IMG/VR virus record: IMGVR_UViG_3300036792_000158
Coordinates: 1-57,504 of that record
Strand: one strand, 5' to 3'
DNA: 57,504 bases
From: a virus
Lineage: Duplodnaviria > Caudoviricetes
The notes under the pieces were generated by a model, which saw nothing but the letters and a program-made list of their open reading frames with translations, was not told the DNA's origin and searched no databases. Shown here piece by piece: positions 36,328-45,518 of this stretch. How positions within the stretch are numbered: the first letter of the stretch is position 1; each line of letters starts with the position of its first letter. The position numbers and the translations under genes were made by a program.

Positions 36328-38707
36328 CGACCCACCCCGGCTTCCGCCCGGTGCTGAGAAGCTGCGCCGATCGGGCGGCGGTTTGAAGATCGCTTACCGT
36401 GCGCTGCGGCCCCGTGAGGCTGTACGTCTGCCCGTCGAGATGCAGGTGCACCGGCGTCCCGCCCGACGTGGTGGCGGCGGCCGTGATGAGCCCGCCTGCG
36501 GCGAAGCGCTGTATCCCCATCGCTCGCGGCATGGCGAGCCCCGCCATCGGGTTCTTCTGGCCGTTGATCCACTGCAGCAGCGGCAGGAAGGCCCGCGTCG
36601 CGAGCGCGTTGACCATGAACTCGCCGTCCGAGCCCCACAGCGGAACGCTATCGCTGGTGCCGGTGCCGGGCCCATGCACAAGCCCGCCCTCGGCATACCC
36701 GGAGGCCGGCGGGATCGGCGCGGTCGCCATAGGTGACGCCCCGCCTCCGCCCATGCCAAGGAAGCGGGCGAGCGCGTCGATCATCGCGCCGATCTTGGCG
36801 AGCACCGCGTCGAACCACCCCAGCACCATTGTCACGCCGCTGCCGATCGCGGCCGTCACCTGTTCCCAAGTCACGTTCCAGGTTGCGAGCGCGGCAATGA
36901 TCGCGCCGATGCCGGCCGCGAGCACGAGCGGCCAGTTGATTGCGCCGGCGATCCCGATCAGCGCCGCCAGCATGCCCTCGAACAGAGGCACGGCCGCCGT
37001 CAGCGCGGCGGAGACGCCGGTGAACACCGCGGCCCACGGCAGCGCCAGCAGCACGCCGGCAACGCTCCCGACCAGCGTAATCGCTGACGACAGCAGACCA
37101 AACAGCCCGACCATCTGGCCTACGACGGCGACGACGATCAGACCAAGCCCGCTAAACTCGGTGCCGAACACCGCGTTGAGCGCTGCGGCCACACCGTCGG
37201 CGGCGCTAAGGATCGCCCCGAACGCGACCTTTACCGTCGGCCACAGCCCGAGGAGCTGATCGCGCCAGTAGACGAGGCTCTTTACGAAGTCGCTTTTCAT
37301 AGTCTCGGCGGCGGCACCGCGGAGAAGTGCGATCAGATCCTCGACAGCGGGTTTCACCGCGTCCGCAATGCTGGCGGCCCAAGCCTTGATCATCGGAACC
37401 TGGCTGCTGATCGCTTCCGTAATTGCGTCGATCAGCGGGATCAGGACCGGCGCGAAGGCGAGGCCGATCAGATTTTTGATGCCGCTCAGGGAAATTGACA
37501 GACGCTCGAACGACTGGAACAGCTCAACGCCCAGCTTGGTGCTCGCCAAATCGAAGGCGACACCGAGCTGCACGAATTTGGTAGTCAGCTCTTCCAGTTC
37601 CTTGCCGCCGCTGTTCAGGATCGGAACGAGCGCCTGCCATTGCTTGCCCAATATCTGCTGCGCCTCGAAGGCGCGCACGGCCGGATCGCGGATTTGCTGA
37701 AGCTTGCTCGCAAACTCGACCAGCGTTTCTTCCAGCGGCCGAACCTTGCCGGTGGCGAGATCGACGGCCTCGACCCCGAGCTGTTGCAGTCGCAGCGACA
37801 GGTCTTTCCCGGCATCCTTGGCGCGCAGCAGCGCGTCCGTCATCGTAGTCGGCGGCAGCGCGTTGCCGAGCAGCTTTCCAAGCTTCTCCCGGTTCGCGTC
37901 GCTCTCATTCGCGAATGCGATCCACTGCTGCCGAATCGCCTGGATCGACTGGACCGCCGAGGCCGGGATCATGCCGGAAGCGGCGAGCTGCTGTTCCTCT
38001 TTCAAGAGCCGCTGCGCCAGCGGCTCGATCGCGGCGAACGTTTGCTTTATGTCGCCGATCAAGCGCGATGTCGTCTTGGCGTGGGCGTTCAGAATCTCGA
38101 CGCCGTTGGCCGTCACGCCCTTGCTCGCTTCGGCGCCGAGCGTTAGCACCTGCGTCTTGATCTCCTCGGCCGCCTGGCCGATCGATCGCGAGAGACGCCC
38201 GAAGATGCGCGCAAACGTATCCTGCTCGATGCCGGCTTGGCGCGCGGCAGCGCTGAGCGCCTGATACGCTTCAACCCCGAGCCCGAATTGCTCCGCACCC
38301 TTCTCGACCTGGTGCGCGGTCTCGCCGGCGCTCTTTGCCAGCTCGACCAGGCCGGCGATCGACGCCGCGGTGCCGAGCGCAAAGGCTTCCTTAAAATGCG
38401 GGATGATGCTCTCGGCAAAGCGATTCATCTGCTCGCCGAATTGAGCGGCGTGCTCGCGCACCGATGACAGCTGCTCCGCGACCGGCTTCAGCGATGCACC
38501 GATCGCGCGGAAGCTGTTGCCGGCGCCGCTGATGATGCTCGACAGGCGGGCGAGCGAGCTGTTCGCGCCGGCGTCGACCGCGTTCTCGATCCGCTTGAAC
38601 TCTTTCTCGCCGGCGTCGCCGATGTCCTTCAGGCGCTTTTTGATGTCGTCATCGCCTTCGATGGCGATGCGCTGCGAGATGGTGTTGCTGCTGCGGCTGG
38701 CGGCCAT
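36320..38707 (-). CDS. Tail tape measure protein
   Basis: 795 aa Ala-rich helical with hydrophobic segments; YAEGGLVHGPGTGTSDSV..SDGEF. Confidence 0.88.
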   Translation of the reverse strand: MAASRSSNTISQRIAIEGDDDIKKRLKDIGDAGEKEFKRIENAVDAGANSSLARLSSIISGAGNSFRAIGASLKPVAEQLSSVREHAAQFGEQMNRFAESIIPHFKEAFALGTAASIAGLVELAKSAGETAHQVEKGAEQFGLGVEAYQALSAAARQAGIEQDTFARIFGRLSRSIGQAAEEIKTQVLTLGAEASKGVTANGVEILNAHAKTTSRLIGDIKQTFAAIEPLAQRLLKEEQQLAASGMIPASAVQSIQAIRQQWIAFANESDANREKLGKLLGNALPPTTMTDALLRAKDAGKDLSLRLQQLGVEAVDLATGKVRPLEETLVEFASKLQQIRDPAVRAFEAQQILGKQWQALVPILNSGGKELEELTTKFVQLGVAFDLASTKLGVELFQSFERLSISLSGIKNLIGLAFAPVLIPLIDAITEAISSQVPMIKAWAASIADAVKPAVEDLIALLRGAAAETMKSDFVKSLVYWRDQLLGLWPTVKVAFGAILSAADGVAAALNAVFGTEFSGLGLIVVAVVGQMVGLFGLLSSAITLVGSVAGVLLALPWAAVFTGVSAALTAAVPLFEGMLAALIGIAGAINWPLVLAAGIGAIIAALATWNVTWEQVTAAIGSGVTMVLGWFDAVLAKIGAMIDALARFLGMGGGGASPMATAPIPPASGYAEGGLVHGPGTGTSDSVPLWGSDGEFMVNALATRAFLPLLQWINGQKNPMAGLAMPRAMGIQRFAAGGLITAAATTSGGTPVHLHLDGQTYSLTGPQRTVSDLQTAARSAQLLSTGRKPGWVGG

Positions 38708-39366
38708 CAGCGGCCCGCCTGAATGTGCCGCAGATACGCCGGCCCGAGGCTGGCACGCGCCGCTTCAAACACCGCCTGAAGGTCGAAATGCTTGTGCAGC
38801 TGCACCTGTGTCACGCCGACGAACAGCGGCACCGATACGAGCCCAGCGGTGCGGCCGTTCCGGGACGCCCGAGCGCCGGCGCGCAGCTTCGGCAGCGTAA
38901 TCTTGCCGGGGCCGCGCTTGCCCAGCGGCATGTACCCCGCGAGCATCGGCCGCCGGCCGGGCGCGCGGATCGAGTGCAGCGGGCCGACCGCCGCTGCATA
39001 ATTTCTAGGCGTCATCCGGCGGCCGCCGATCTTGGCCGGAAGTGAGCCCAGGGGCAGCCATAGCAGAGGACTGCCGCCGATCCGCGCGCCGGTCTCGAAG
39101 ACCCCGGCATACGGGATCTTGTGATAGGCCAGCAGCGCCGGTTTCGCGCTGACGGCGCGACCCGGGTAATAGTTCACCTTCAGCGTGCGCTGCCATTTCG
39201 GGCCGAAGCCGCCCGAGGCTATCGCGGCTCGGCCATCCCGCAGCACCAGCGCCCCGGCGTCGTGTATGGCTGCAGTCGCCGCCACCGCGATCGGCTGATA
39301 CATCGCCTGGATGGCGTCGGTGAATTGCCCCTTCACCGCGCTGACGACGAGACGCAGACTAGCCAT
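38707..39366 (-). CDS. Basic tail-completion/neck-like protein
   Basis: Arg/Lys rich, FETGARIGG.PLLWLP; in the tail operon. Confidence 0.6.
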   Translation of the reverse strand: MASLRLVVSAVKGQFTDAIQAMYQPIAVAATAAIHDAGALVLRDGRAAIASGGFGPKWQRTLKVNYYPGRAVSAKPALLAYHKIPYAGVFETGARIGGSPLLWLPLGSLPAKIGGRRMTPRNYAAAVGPLHSIRAPGRRPMLAGYMPLGKRGPGKITLPKLRAGARASRNGRTAGLVSVPLFVGVTQVQLHKHFDLQAVFEAARASLGPAYLRHIQAGR

Positions 39367-39580
39367 CGGTCAGCTTCCGCAGCTCGCGTTCGATCGCCGG
39401 CCATTCACCCCGAGCCGCGAGCGTGTGCAGCATGAGCTGCTGCGCCAGGGCAGCGCGGACGCGACGATGGCCGAGTTGCAGAAACGCGGCGATCTGACGA
39501 GGGGTGTAATTCCACACGTCCACGCTCGAATGCCCCATCGAGATCAGTTCTTCTACGGCGGCGGCGAGTTGTTCGGTTGC
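39359..39580 (-). CDS. Tail assembly chaperone T-like ORF (possible frameshift product)
   Basis: EELISMGH..VWNYTPRQI in the -1 frame overlapping the end of the G-like gene. Confidence 0.5.
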   Translation of the reverse strand, partial: ATEQLAAAVEELISMGHSSVDVWNYTPRQIAAFLQLGHRRVRAALAQQLMLHTLAARGEWPAIERELRKLTDG

Positions 39581-40014
39581 GCCGGCGCTTCGGCGTCGCC
39601 GCGCTCGCTGGGTCCGGGCGCCGACAAGGCGGACCCGTTTGAAGGGCGCGCCGGCGCCGCGGGATAGGTCAGGCGCATGATCACCGTGATCAGCGCCGCC
39701 GACACTTCCATGCGGAACCCGGCGGCCGTTTCCTCGGTCTTCTCGTCGCCGGGCTGCCCGACACCGCATGCGATGATGGCCGGCCAGGCGCCGGTGGTCA
39801 TCTTCATCATCGCGGACAGCATTTCGGGCTTCGCCCCGGCTTCGCCCTCCTCCGGTGCCGCAATACCCATCAGCGCCTCGAACTCGGGGAAGCGGCGCAC
39901 GATCGACCCCAGATCGCGCGCGGAGAGGCCCTGGACTTCGATGTCGGCCTCGCCGATCCGAACCGTTTCCTTTGGCGGCCCCAGCGCCGACGCGATGTCG
40001 GCGAGATTGGTCAC
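39553..40014 (-). CDS. Tail assembly chaperone G-like
   Basis: Directly after the major tail gene; VQGLSARDL..RFPE. Confidence 0.7.
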   Translation of the reverse strand: MTNLADIASALGPPKETVRIGEADIEVQGLSARDLGSIVRRFPEFEALMGIAAPEEGEAGAKPEMLSAMMKMTTGAWPAIIACGVGQPGDEKTEETAAGFRMEVSAALITVIMRLTYPAAPARPSNGSALSAPGPSERGDAEAPAQPNNSPPP

Positions 40015-40778
40015 GGATTTACCTCCTCGGTGATGTTCCAATACCAGGTGCCGAAGATGCCCGTCGTCGGATCGCCGACAACCTCGCCGCTGACCTCGAT
40101 CGGCCCCCACTCATCGGCGCTGTGGATCAGCGACAGCGCGGCACCCGGCGCCAGCGTCACGTTCGGCAGATCGACCTGCATCTTCGGGCCGACCTCGTTC
40201 TGCCCGATGAAGCGTAACGAGCCCTGAACCTCCGACAGCGCCAGGATGTCGATGCTGATAGGGGTGCCCGGCGAGCCGGCGACGGCCGCGTGCTCGATGC
40301 CCATCAGCACCAGCAGCAGATTTTCCGCCGTCCACTCCTCCATGATCATTTTGACCGTGGCCTGTCGCTGAGTGACGATGGAGCGGTCTTTGAAGCGAAG
40401 CCCCTGTCTGGCGCTGTAGTGGTCGAGGCGCGTCACGGTCGGGTTGAACTCGAATGTCGGGGCGTTGCCGACGTCCCGCCAGTCCTCACCGATCGTGGCC
40501 GCTGCCGCCGTCGCGGTCGCGGTCGCGGGCGCGCTCAACACGATGGCGTCGCCGTTCGCGGCGACATATTCGAATGACGTGTCCGCGGGGATGCCGGCGC
40601 CAGAAATGTCATAGGTGACGCCGTCGTCGAGCCCGGCCGTGCTCGCAAGCGTTGCGTCGGCGCTCCCGGTGGTCGTGCCGATCGTCGTCGAGAGCGAGAA
40701 GCCGGCCGGCTTCCACTTCACGATACCTTTGCCGCTGTAATAGTTGTCGACGTTCGGCGACCTGTTGCTGACGGCCAT
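40011..40778 (-). CDS. Major tail tube protein with inserted beta-module
   Basis: NYYSGKG..DVGNAPTFEF..LDHYSAR..EEWTAENL..N.VGP. Confidence 0.82.
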   Translation of the reverse strand: MAVSNRSPNVDNYYSGKGIVKWKPAGFSLSTTIGTTTGSADATLASTAGLDDGVTYDISGAGIPADTSFEYVAANGDAIVLSAPATATATAAAATIGEDWRDVGNAPTFEFNPTVTRLDHYSARQGLRFKDRSIVTQRQATVKMIMEEWTAENLLLVLMGIEHAAVAGSPGTPISIDILALSEVQGSLRFIGQNEVGPKMQVDLPNVTLAPGAALSLIHSADEWGPIEVSGEVVGDPTTGIFGTWYWNITEEVNP

Positions 40779-40787
40779 TACTTCCTC

Positions 40788-41246
40788 CTATGGCGCCAAA
40801 TCGGAAACCTTGAAGACGTATTCGAAGGCGAAATTGCACTCCATTCGACCCTCGCGGGCCTCGCCGGCCTCGCTGGTGACGGCGCACCCTTCGTAGCGGA
40901 TTTGGCTGTTGCTGTTCGGGCCGCCGCAGAGATTGATCAGCTCGGGGTCTTGCAGCACGAGTGGCAGCAGCGCGGCCCTGATCCCGTTGAGCGTGGTTCC
41001 GAGCTGCTCTGTCGTCGTGCCGGCCAAGATGACCAGCTGCGGCGTCATCGTCGCCTTGTCGACCGCCGAGAAGCGCGGCGCCGTCTCCTTGTTGTTTTCG
41101 GTCTGCTCGTCTCCGTCATGTAGCAGGATCGCGGGGCGTGCCTTGCCGGTGACGTCCTGGCGATTGCGGCCAGCCGCCTTCACGCCGGGCACCGTCTCGA
41201 TGATGTCGCGCAACCGCACGAGGATGGCTTCCCGCTTGTCGATCAT
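40788..41246 (-). CDS. Tail terminator-like protein
   Basis: REAIL.RL..PAILLHDGDE; precedes the tail tube gene. Confidence 0.65.
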   Translation of the reverse strand: MIDKREAILVRLRDIIETVPGVKAAGRNRQDVTGKARPAILLHDGDEQTENNKETAPRFSAVDKATMTPQLVILAGTTTEQLGTTLNGIRAALLPLVLQDPELINLCGGPNSNSQIRYEGCAVTSEAGEAREGRMECNFAFEYVFKVSDLAP

Positions 41247-41587
41247 CCGGCGGTGCCTTCCAGCAGCAGGTAGATTTCACCGTCCGCCTGCCCCGCCGGC
41301 GACGGCATGTAGCGCGTGCTGTTCACCTTCCACACGCGATCGTTCAGCTCGAGGGTGGCGTCATCCAGGGCGTCAGGATCAATGCCGGTGTCGAGCAAAT
41401 CGCCGACCAGCATCGAGGCTACCGGGCGCAGCGTCTCCACTTCGGCCAGCGGGCCCGGCAGCTGCACGCCCGCTGTCTTGTCGATCGCGGTCAGGCCATC
41501 GAACACCTGACCCGAGGCCAGCGTCAGCTTCGCGCCGACTCCCTCGATCTGGTAGACGGGGTCGTAAAGGACGCTGCGATAATCCAA
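41243..41587 (-). CDS. Head-tail joining (FII-like) protein
   Basis: TTG start; LYDPVY..AIDKT..LNDRVWKV. Confidence 0.6.
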   Translation of the reverse strand: MDYRSVLYDPVYQIEGVGAKLTLASGQVFDGLTAIDKTAGVQLPGPLAEVETLRPVASMLVGDLLDTGIDPDALDDATLELNDRVWKVNSTRYMPSPAGQADGEIYLLLEGTAG

Positions 41588-41591
41588 GGGA

Positions 41592-42164
41592 TCAGCCGGT
41601 TTCCCCGGTCCCCTGCTGCGCGACCATACCGGGCTGCTGCACGGTGCCGGCCTGTGCGACAGTTTCGGCCGTGCCCACCGTGCCCACCGTGCCGGCGGTG
41701 CCGACCGTTCCGACGTTGTGGACGCTGCCCTCGGCGGCGACCGTGCCGGCGTGCTCCATCGTGCCGGCATTCTCGATCGTGCCGGTGCCCGAGATCGTGC
41801 CGGGCTCCTGCACGGCGCCCGACTGCTGGACGGCGGTGCTCGGCGGTACGAGCGGGTTGTTGCCCGGAAGGACCGGGCCACCAGCTGCCGCCTGGCGCAG
41901 CGCGCGACTGTCGGCGGTGGCCGGCATGCGCTGACCGTAATGGCCCTGGAACCCGTCTTCGAACAGGTTGATCAGGCCGCCGACGTGCTCGCGGCACAGC
42001 CGCTCGAACGCATGAATGTTGCCGGCGGCGTGATGCCATGCGGCCTCGGCCACGTCTTCCTTGTCGTGCTCGCCGGCGTCGATATGCGCCGGGAATTGCG
42101 GCGGCTTGCCGGGAGCGACGATGCCCTGATCCCGCTGCCGCTGATCTTCGTCTCGATCGTCCAT
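41592..42164 (-). CDS. Hypothetical protein with hexapeptide G-T-V-x-x-x repeats
   Basis: About twelve 6-aa repeats in the C-half; at the lambda FI position. Confidence 0.6.
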   Translation of the reverse strand: MDDRDEDQRQRDQGIVAPGKPPQFPAHIDAGEHDKEDVAEAAWHHAAGNIHAFERLCREHVGGLINLFEDGFQGHYGQRMPATADSRALRQAAAGGPVLPGNNPLVPPSTAVQQSGAVQEPGTISGTGTIENAGTMEHAGTVAAEGSVHNVGTVGTAGTVGTVGTAETVAQAGTVQQPGMVAQQGTGETG

Positions 42165-42247
42165 GATGACGCTCCCGAAGCTGTTTCTGCCGCCCGTCTC
42201 ACCGGGCTGTCACGGCCGGCTGACGGCCGCAGAGGTTCCGGCGCCGC

Positions 42248-43345
42248 TCAGCTTTCGAGGCGGCCCGAGTAAAGGATGTCGGGGCGCGTCGCGACGTACA
42301 TCGGGTACGAATAGACTTCGAGACGCACTTTCGCGTTGCGCTCGCGATCCGGCAGGATCATCGCGTACACCGGCAGCCCCATCTGCCCGAGCTGGTCAAA
42401 CGTCTCGCCCGGCGCCAGCACTTCCTGAAAGAGCCCGGGGATCACCGGGATGAATTTGCATTTGTCGTCGGGGATCGCGATCGTCTCTTCGTCGTCGGTG
42501 CCGCGGTAGTTGACCCACTCGACCCCGGCCCACGGGAAGGTGTCGAAGGCATCGATGTTCGGGTTCGGGCTGCCGAGGCGCGCCAGCGCGGTCTGCGAAG
42601 CCGTCACCTGATAGGTGTTGTAGGCCGTGATCACGTCGGGATGGTTCACGAAGGTGTCGAAGAACGCGTCGCCGCAAAGCGCGATCAGGCGAACGCTGGC
42701 GAGATTGCCGGCGCGCGCGGTGCGCAGGATCGTACGCTTCAGATCGCGGATCAGATTGGCGAGCACGCCCGGAGTGGGGTTCGCCGCACTCAGGCTGAAC
42801 GGGATTTCGGCCGGAAGCGAAAAGCCCAAGAGGCTCGGCCAGTCGTAAAGAACGCTGCCGTCGGCGTCGAGCACGACGCCCGAGATCGCGCCGAGCCGCA
42901 TCCGCTCCTTGGTGGTCTCCATCTTCGCCTGCAGCCCGATCGGGCCGTCCATGCGATAGGCGATTTCGCTGGCGAGGTCCTGCAGGATCAGCGCCATCGT
43001 ATCGGAGCCCACCTGCCAGGCGTTCCGCGCGATGATGCCCATCAGCTCCGCGGCGGTGATCGTGTCGCCGGCCGCGATCCGCGGCGTCTCGAAGGATTTG
43101 AGGTTCTGCACCGGCACCGTCTGTTCGTAGACAGGCGCGCCGCGGGGCGAGGTCGGAATGATCTTCAGATCGCCCTCGTCGGTGATGATCACCGAGCCCT
43201 TTGTGGTTCGCGTCGGAACGCGGGTGAAGATCCCGAGCGACCCCAGGAAGTTCGGCTGATATGGCCGCTTGTTGATCGCGGTGGTCAGCGTGATCGTGTT
43301 GAACGCGCCGCCGGCGGACGTGTCGAAGAGATCGAGCAGTTCCAT
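42248..43345 (-). CDS. Major capsid protein (lambda gpE-like)
   Basis: LTTAINK.PY.P..IPTSPRG..TKERMRLGAISG.VLDADG..SYPMY..TRP. Confidence 0.92.
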   Translation of the reverse strand: MELLDLFDTSAGGAFNTITLTTAINKRPYQPNFLGSLGIFTRVPTRTTKGSVIITDEGDLKIIPTSPRGAPVYEQTVPVQNLKSFETPRIAAGDTITAAELMGIIARNAWQVGSDTMALILQDLASEIAYRMDGPIGLQAKMETTKERMRLGAISGVVLDADGSVLYDWPSLLGFSLPAEIPFSLSAANPTPGVLANLIRDLKRTILRTARAGNLASVRLIALCGDAFFDTFVNHPDVITAYNTYQVTASQTALARLGSPNPNIDAFDTFPWAGVEWVNYRGTDDEETIAIPDDKCKFIPVIPGLFQEVLAPGETFDQLGQMGLPVYAMILPDRERNAKVRLEVYSYPMYVATRPDILYSGRLES

Positions 43346-43360
43346 GTGACCGTCCTCCCG

Positions 43361-44032
43361 TTAAACCGAGGGCCGCGCGATGACGCGCATGGGTTCGCCC
43401 GCCATCAATGCGATGGCGGCGGCGATCTGGCCGGATGTGGCGCCCGAGAACCACGTCAGCTCGGCGACATTCACCTGCGCGTCACGCACGACCGCGGCGC
43501 CGTTTACGTCGGCAGCCGAGGCGTCGTAGACGTCCCAGGAAATCGCGGCCGGGAATTGCGACCCGTCGGTATTCGCCGGGTTGTATTCCTTGAATTTCTC
43601 GGTGCCGCCCGAGATCGTGATGCTGAACCGATCGCCGGCGACGAAATCGGTGGCGCCGTCCGCCAGCGTGAACGAGAGCCCGCCGCCGGCGAAAGCGACG
43701 CCGACGCTGCCGGTGCCGATGATCAGGCCGTTCGGATCGGCAACCTCGAACCGGCCGGCATTCGCCGCGGCCTCGATGATCACCAGCTGATAGGTGCCGA
43801 CCCGGGCGGCGTTGCCCGCTGTGACCGCGCCCATGACGCCGTTGCCGGTGTTGCCGGATGCCGGCGCCGACACCGCGCTCGCGCCCACCACCACCTTGCC
43901 GAGCACATGACCGGCCTTTAAGACCTGGCCGCTCAGCACGACGATCTGTTCTCGCGAGCGGAAGTGCTCTGCCTCGGAGACCAGAAAACCACCAGCGCGC
44001 GGCTGGATCGAGGAAAGCGTTGTCAACGCCAT
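43361..44032 (-). CDS. Head decoration protein (gpD-like) with insertion
   Basis: FLVSEA..SRE..AGHVLG..DGSQ..RDAQV. Confidence 0.82.
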   Translation of the reverse strand: MALTTLSSIQPRAGGFLVSEAEHFRSREQIVVLSGQVLKAGHVLGKVVVGASAVSAPASGNTGNGVMGAVTAGNAARVGTYQLVIIEAAANAGRFEVADPNGLIIGTGSVGVAFAGGGLSFTLADGATDFVAGDRFSITISGGTEKFKEYNPANTDGSQFPAAISWDVYDASAADVNGAAVVRDAQVNVAELTWFSGATSGQIAAAIALMAGEPMRVIARPSV

Positions 44033-44109
44033 TGGTGATTGCCTTTCCTGCCGACTCTCGGTAATGAGACTGGCAGGGAAAGGCGCGGCGGCGACTTACC
44101 TCATACTCT

Positions 44110-44138
44110 GAAGGCGGCACTTCCCAGGTGCCGCCTTC
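44110..44138 (-). terminator. Hairpin after the protease gene
   Basis: 11-bp perfect stem GAAGGCGGCAC/GTGCCGCCTTC with loop CTGGGAA; no U tract. Confidence 0.45.
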
Positions 44139-44140
44139 GT

Positions 44141-44156
44141 TGTTTCACATGAAACG
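44141..44156. other. parS-like palindrome
   Basis: TGTTTCACATGAAACG, 14/16 to TGTTTCACGTGAAACA; intergenic. Confidence 0.55.
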
Positions 44157-44165
44157 CTTCGAGGC

Positions 44166-44567
44166 TCAAGCCCCTCGTGCGGTCGCGAACGCCTTGTCCC
44201 ACAAATCGGTGACGGCGGCGGCGCCCATCTTCGCCTGCGCCGGCCGATGATTGGACAGTTCGCCGATCTCCTTGTCTTCCTTCGCGCGCGCGTCGACCAA
44301 TGCCTTGCGCACGTCGGCGACGGACTTGCCGGTGGCGATGAAATCGGCCGCAAGCGCCGGCTTTCCGGCCAGCTGGCACAGCTCGGCAATCTCGCGCACT
44401 TCCGCAGCATAGGTCTCTCGGCCCTGCTCACGCGCGCTGTCGAGCGAGACGATATTGCCATCGGCCGCCGCAGCAGCGGCCGGTGGCGCCGGCGGAGTCG
44501 GGGGCTTCGGCGGCGCGGGGGGTTGCGCGGTGGCGCCCGCGGGCGGCTTCGGCGTGTTTTCGTCCAT
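44166..44567 (-). CDS. Nested in-frame scaffold protein (Nu3-like)
   Basis: GGAGGAGG RBS before internal ATG 44567, after a Pro/acidic linker. Confidence 0.55.
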   Translation of the reverse strand: MDENTPKPPAGATAQPPAPPKPPTPPAPPAAAAAADGNIVSLDSAREQGRETYAAEVREIAELCQLAGKPALAADFIATGKSVADVRKALVDARAKEDKEIGELSNHRPAQAKMGAAAVTDLWDKAFATARGA

Positions 44568-45509
44568 AACTTCCTCCTCCGGGGCTTCCGGGTCGGGCTG
44601 TTGTTCGTCTTCGTCATCGCCGTCAGGCGGCTCGACCGGAGCCGGCTGCGGCGCAGGCGCCGGCGGCGTTGCTATAGAAGAAACTACAACAGTCGAGGCG
44701 AGTTCTGCAAAAACATCGTCGAAGGTCGAAATTCCGTCGACCAGCTTCAGCTTCAGCGCATCGTCCGCGTCGTACCATTGCGCTTCCGTAGCGCCGACGG
44801 CTTTTGCGGTCAGACCCTTCCGCGCGCGAACAACCGTGCTGATGAATTTCGTGCGCACCTTGTCAAGCGACTCCTGCACCTTTTCGGCGGCGGCGCGCGT
44901 CAGCGGCTCGTAGCTGTTGAGTTCGGCCTTGCGCAGACCGGCGCGAATCACCGTGTATGTAATCCCCATCGATTCGTTCATCTGCGAGCGTTCGCAGTGC
45001 ACGGCGACGGCGCCGATCGATCCGGCACTTCCTGACGGCGCGACAAACACCCGCTCAGCTTGCGACAGGATCGCATAGCCGGCGCTCAACGCGTCCACAT
45101 CGGCGACGGCCCACATCGGCTTCTGCCCGCGAGCCTTGTAGAGCTGGTCGCACAGCTCGAAGCATCCGGTCGCCTCGCCGCCCATCGTGTCGAGCTGCAA
45201 CAGGATCGCCTTCACCCGCGCGTCGTCGAGCGCGCATTGCATCGCGCCGGCGATGTCGGAATAGCTGGTCAGGCCCGACCAGGCGTCCATCATGGATTTG
45301 CGCCGGATGAGCGTGCCGATGATCGGGATGACGGCGATGCTGTTCGCGAGCGCCGGTTCGAGCTGGCGCGCGGGCGCGCTGTCGCCGGTGTCGTCGTCGT
45401 CTCCGTTGAGCCGCCGCATGAAGGCCGGCACGATCGCGTCGAGTTTGCGCGCGTCGACCAGAAGCGGCGTCCCGAACAGCCGTGACGAGAGATGCGGGAG
45501 ATCGCGCAT
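44166..45509 (-). CDS. S49 prohead protease (gpC-like)
   Basis: GLTSY..LDTMGGE..SAGYAI..GSIG. Confidence 0.92.
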   Translation of the reverse strand: MRDLPHLSSRLFGTPLLVDARKLDAIVPAFMRRLNGDDDDTGDSAPARQLEPALANSIAVIPIIGTLIRRKSMMDAWSGLTSYSDIAGAMQCALDDARVKAILLQLDTMGGEATGCFELCDQLYKARGQKPMWAVADVDALSAGYAILSQAERVFVAPSGSAGSIGAVAVHCERSQMNESMGITYTVIRAGLRKAELNSYEPLTRAAAEKVQESLDKVRTKFISTVVRARKGLTAKAVGATEAQWYDADDALKLKLVDGISTFDDVFAELASTVVVSSIATPPAPAPQPAPVEPPDGDDEDEQQPDPEAPEEEVMDENTPKPPAGATAQPPAPPKPPTPPAPPAAAAAADGNIVSLDSAREQGRETYAAEVREIAELCQLAGKPALAADFIATGKSVADVRKALVDARAKEDKEIGELSNHRPAQAKMGAAAVTDLWDKAFATARGA

Positions 45510-45518
45510 CGGACGCTC

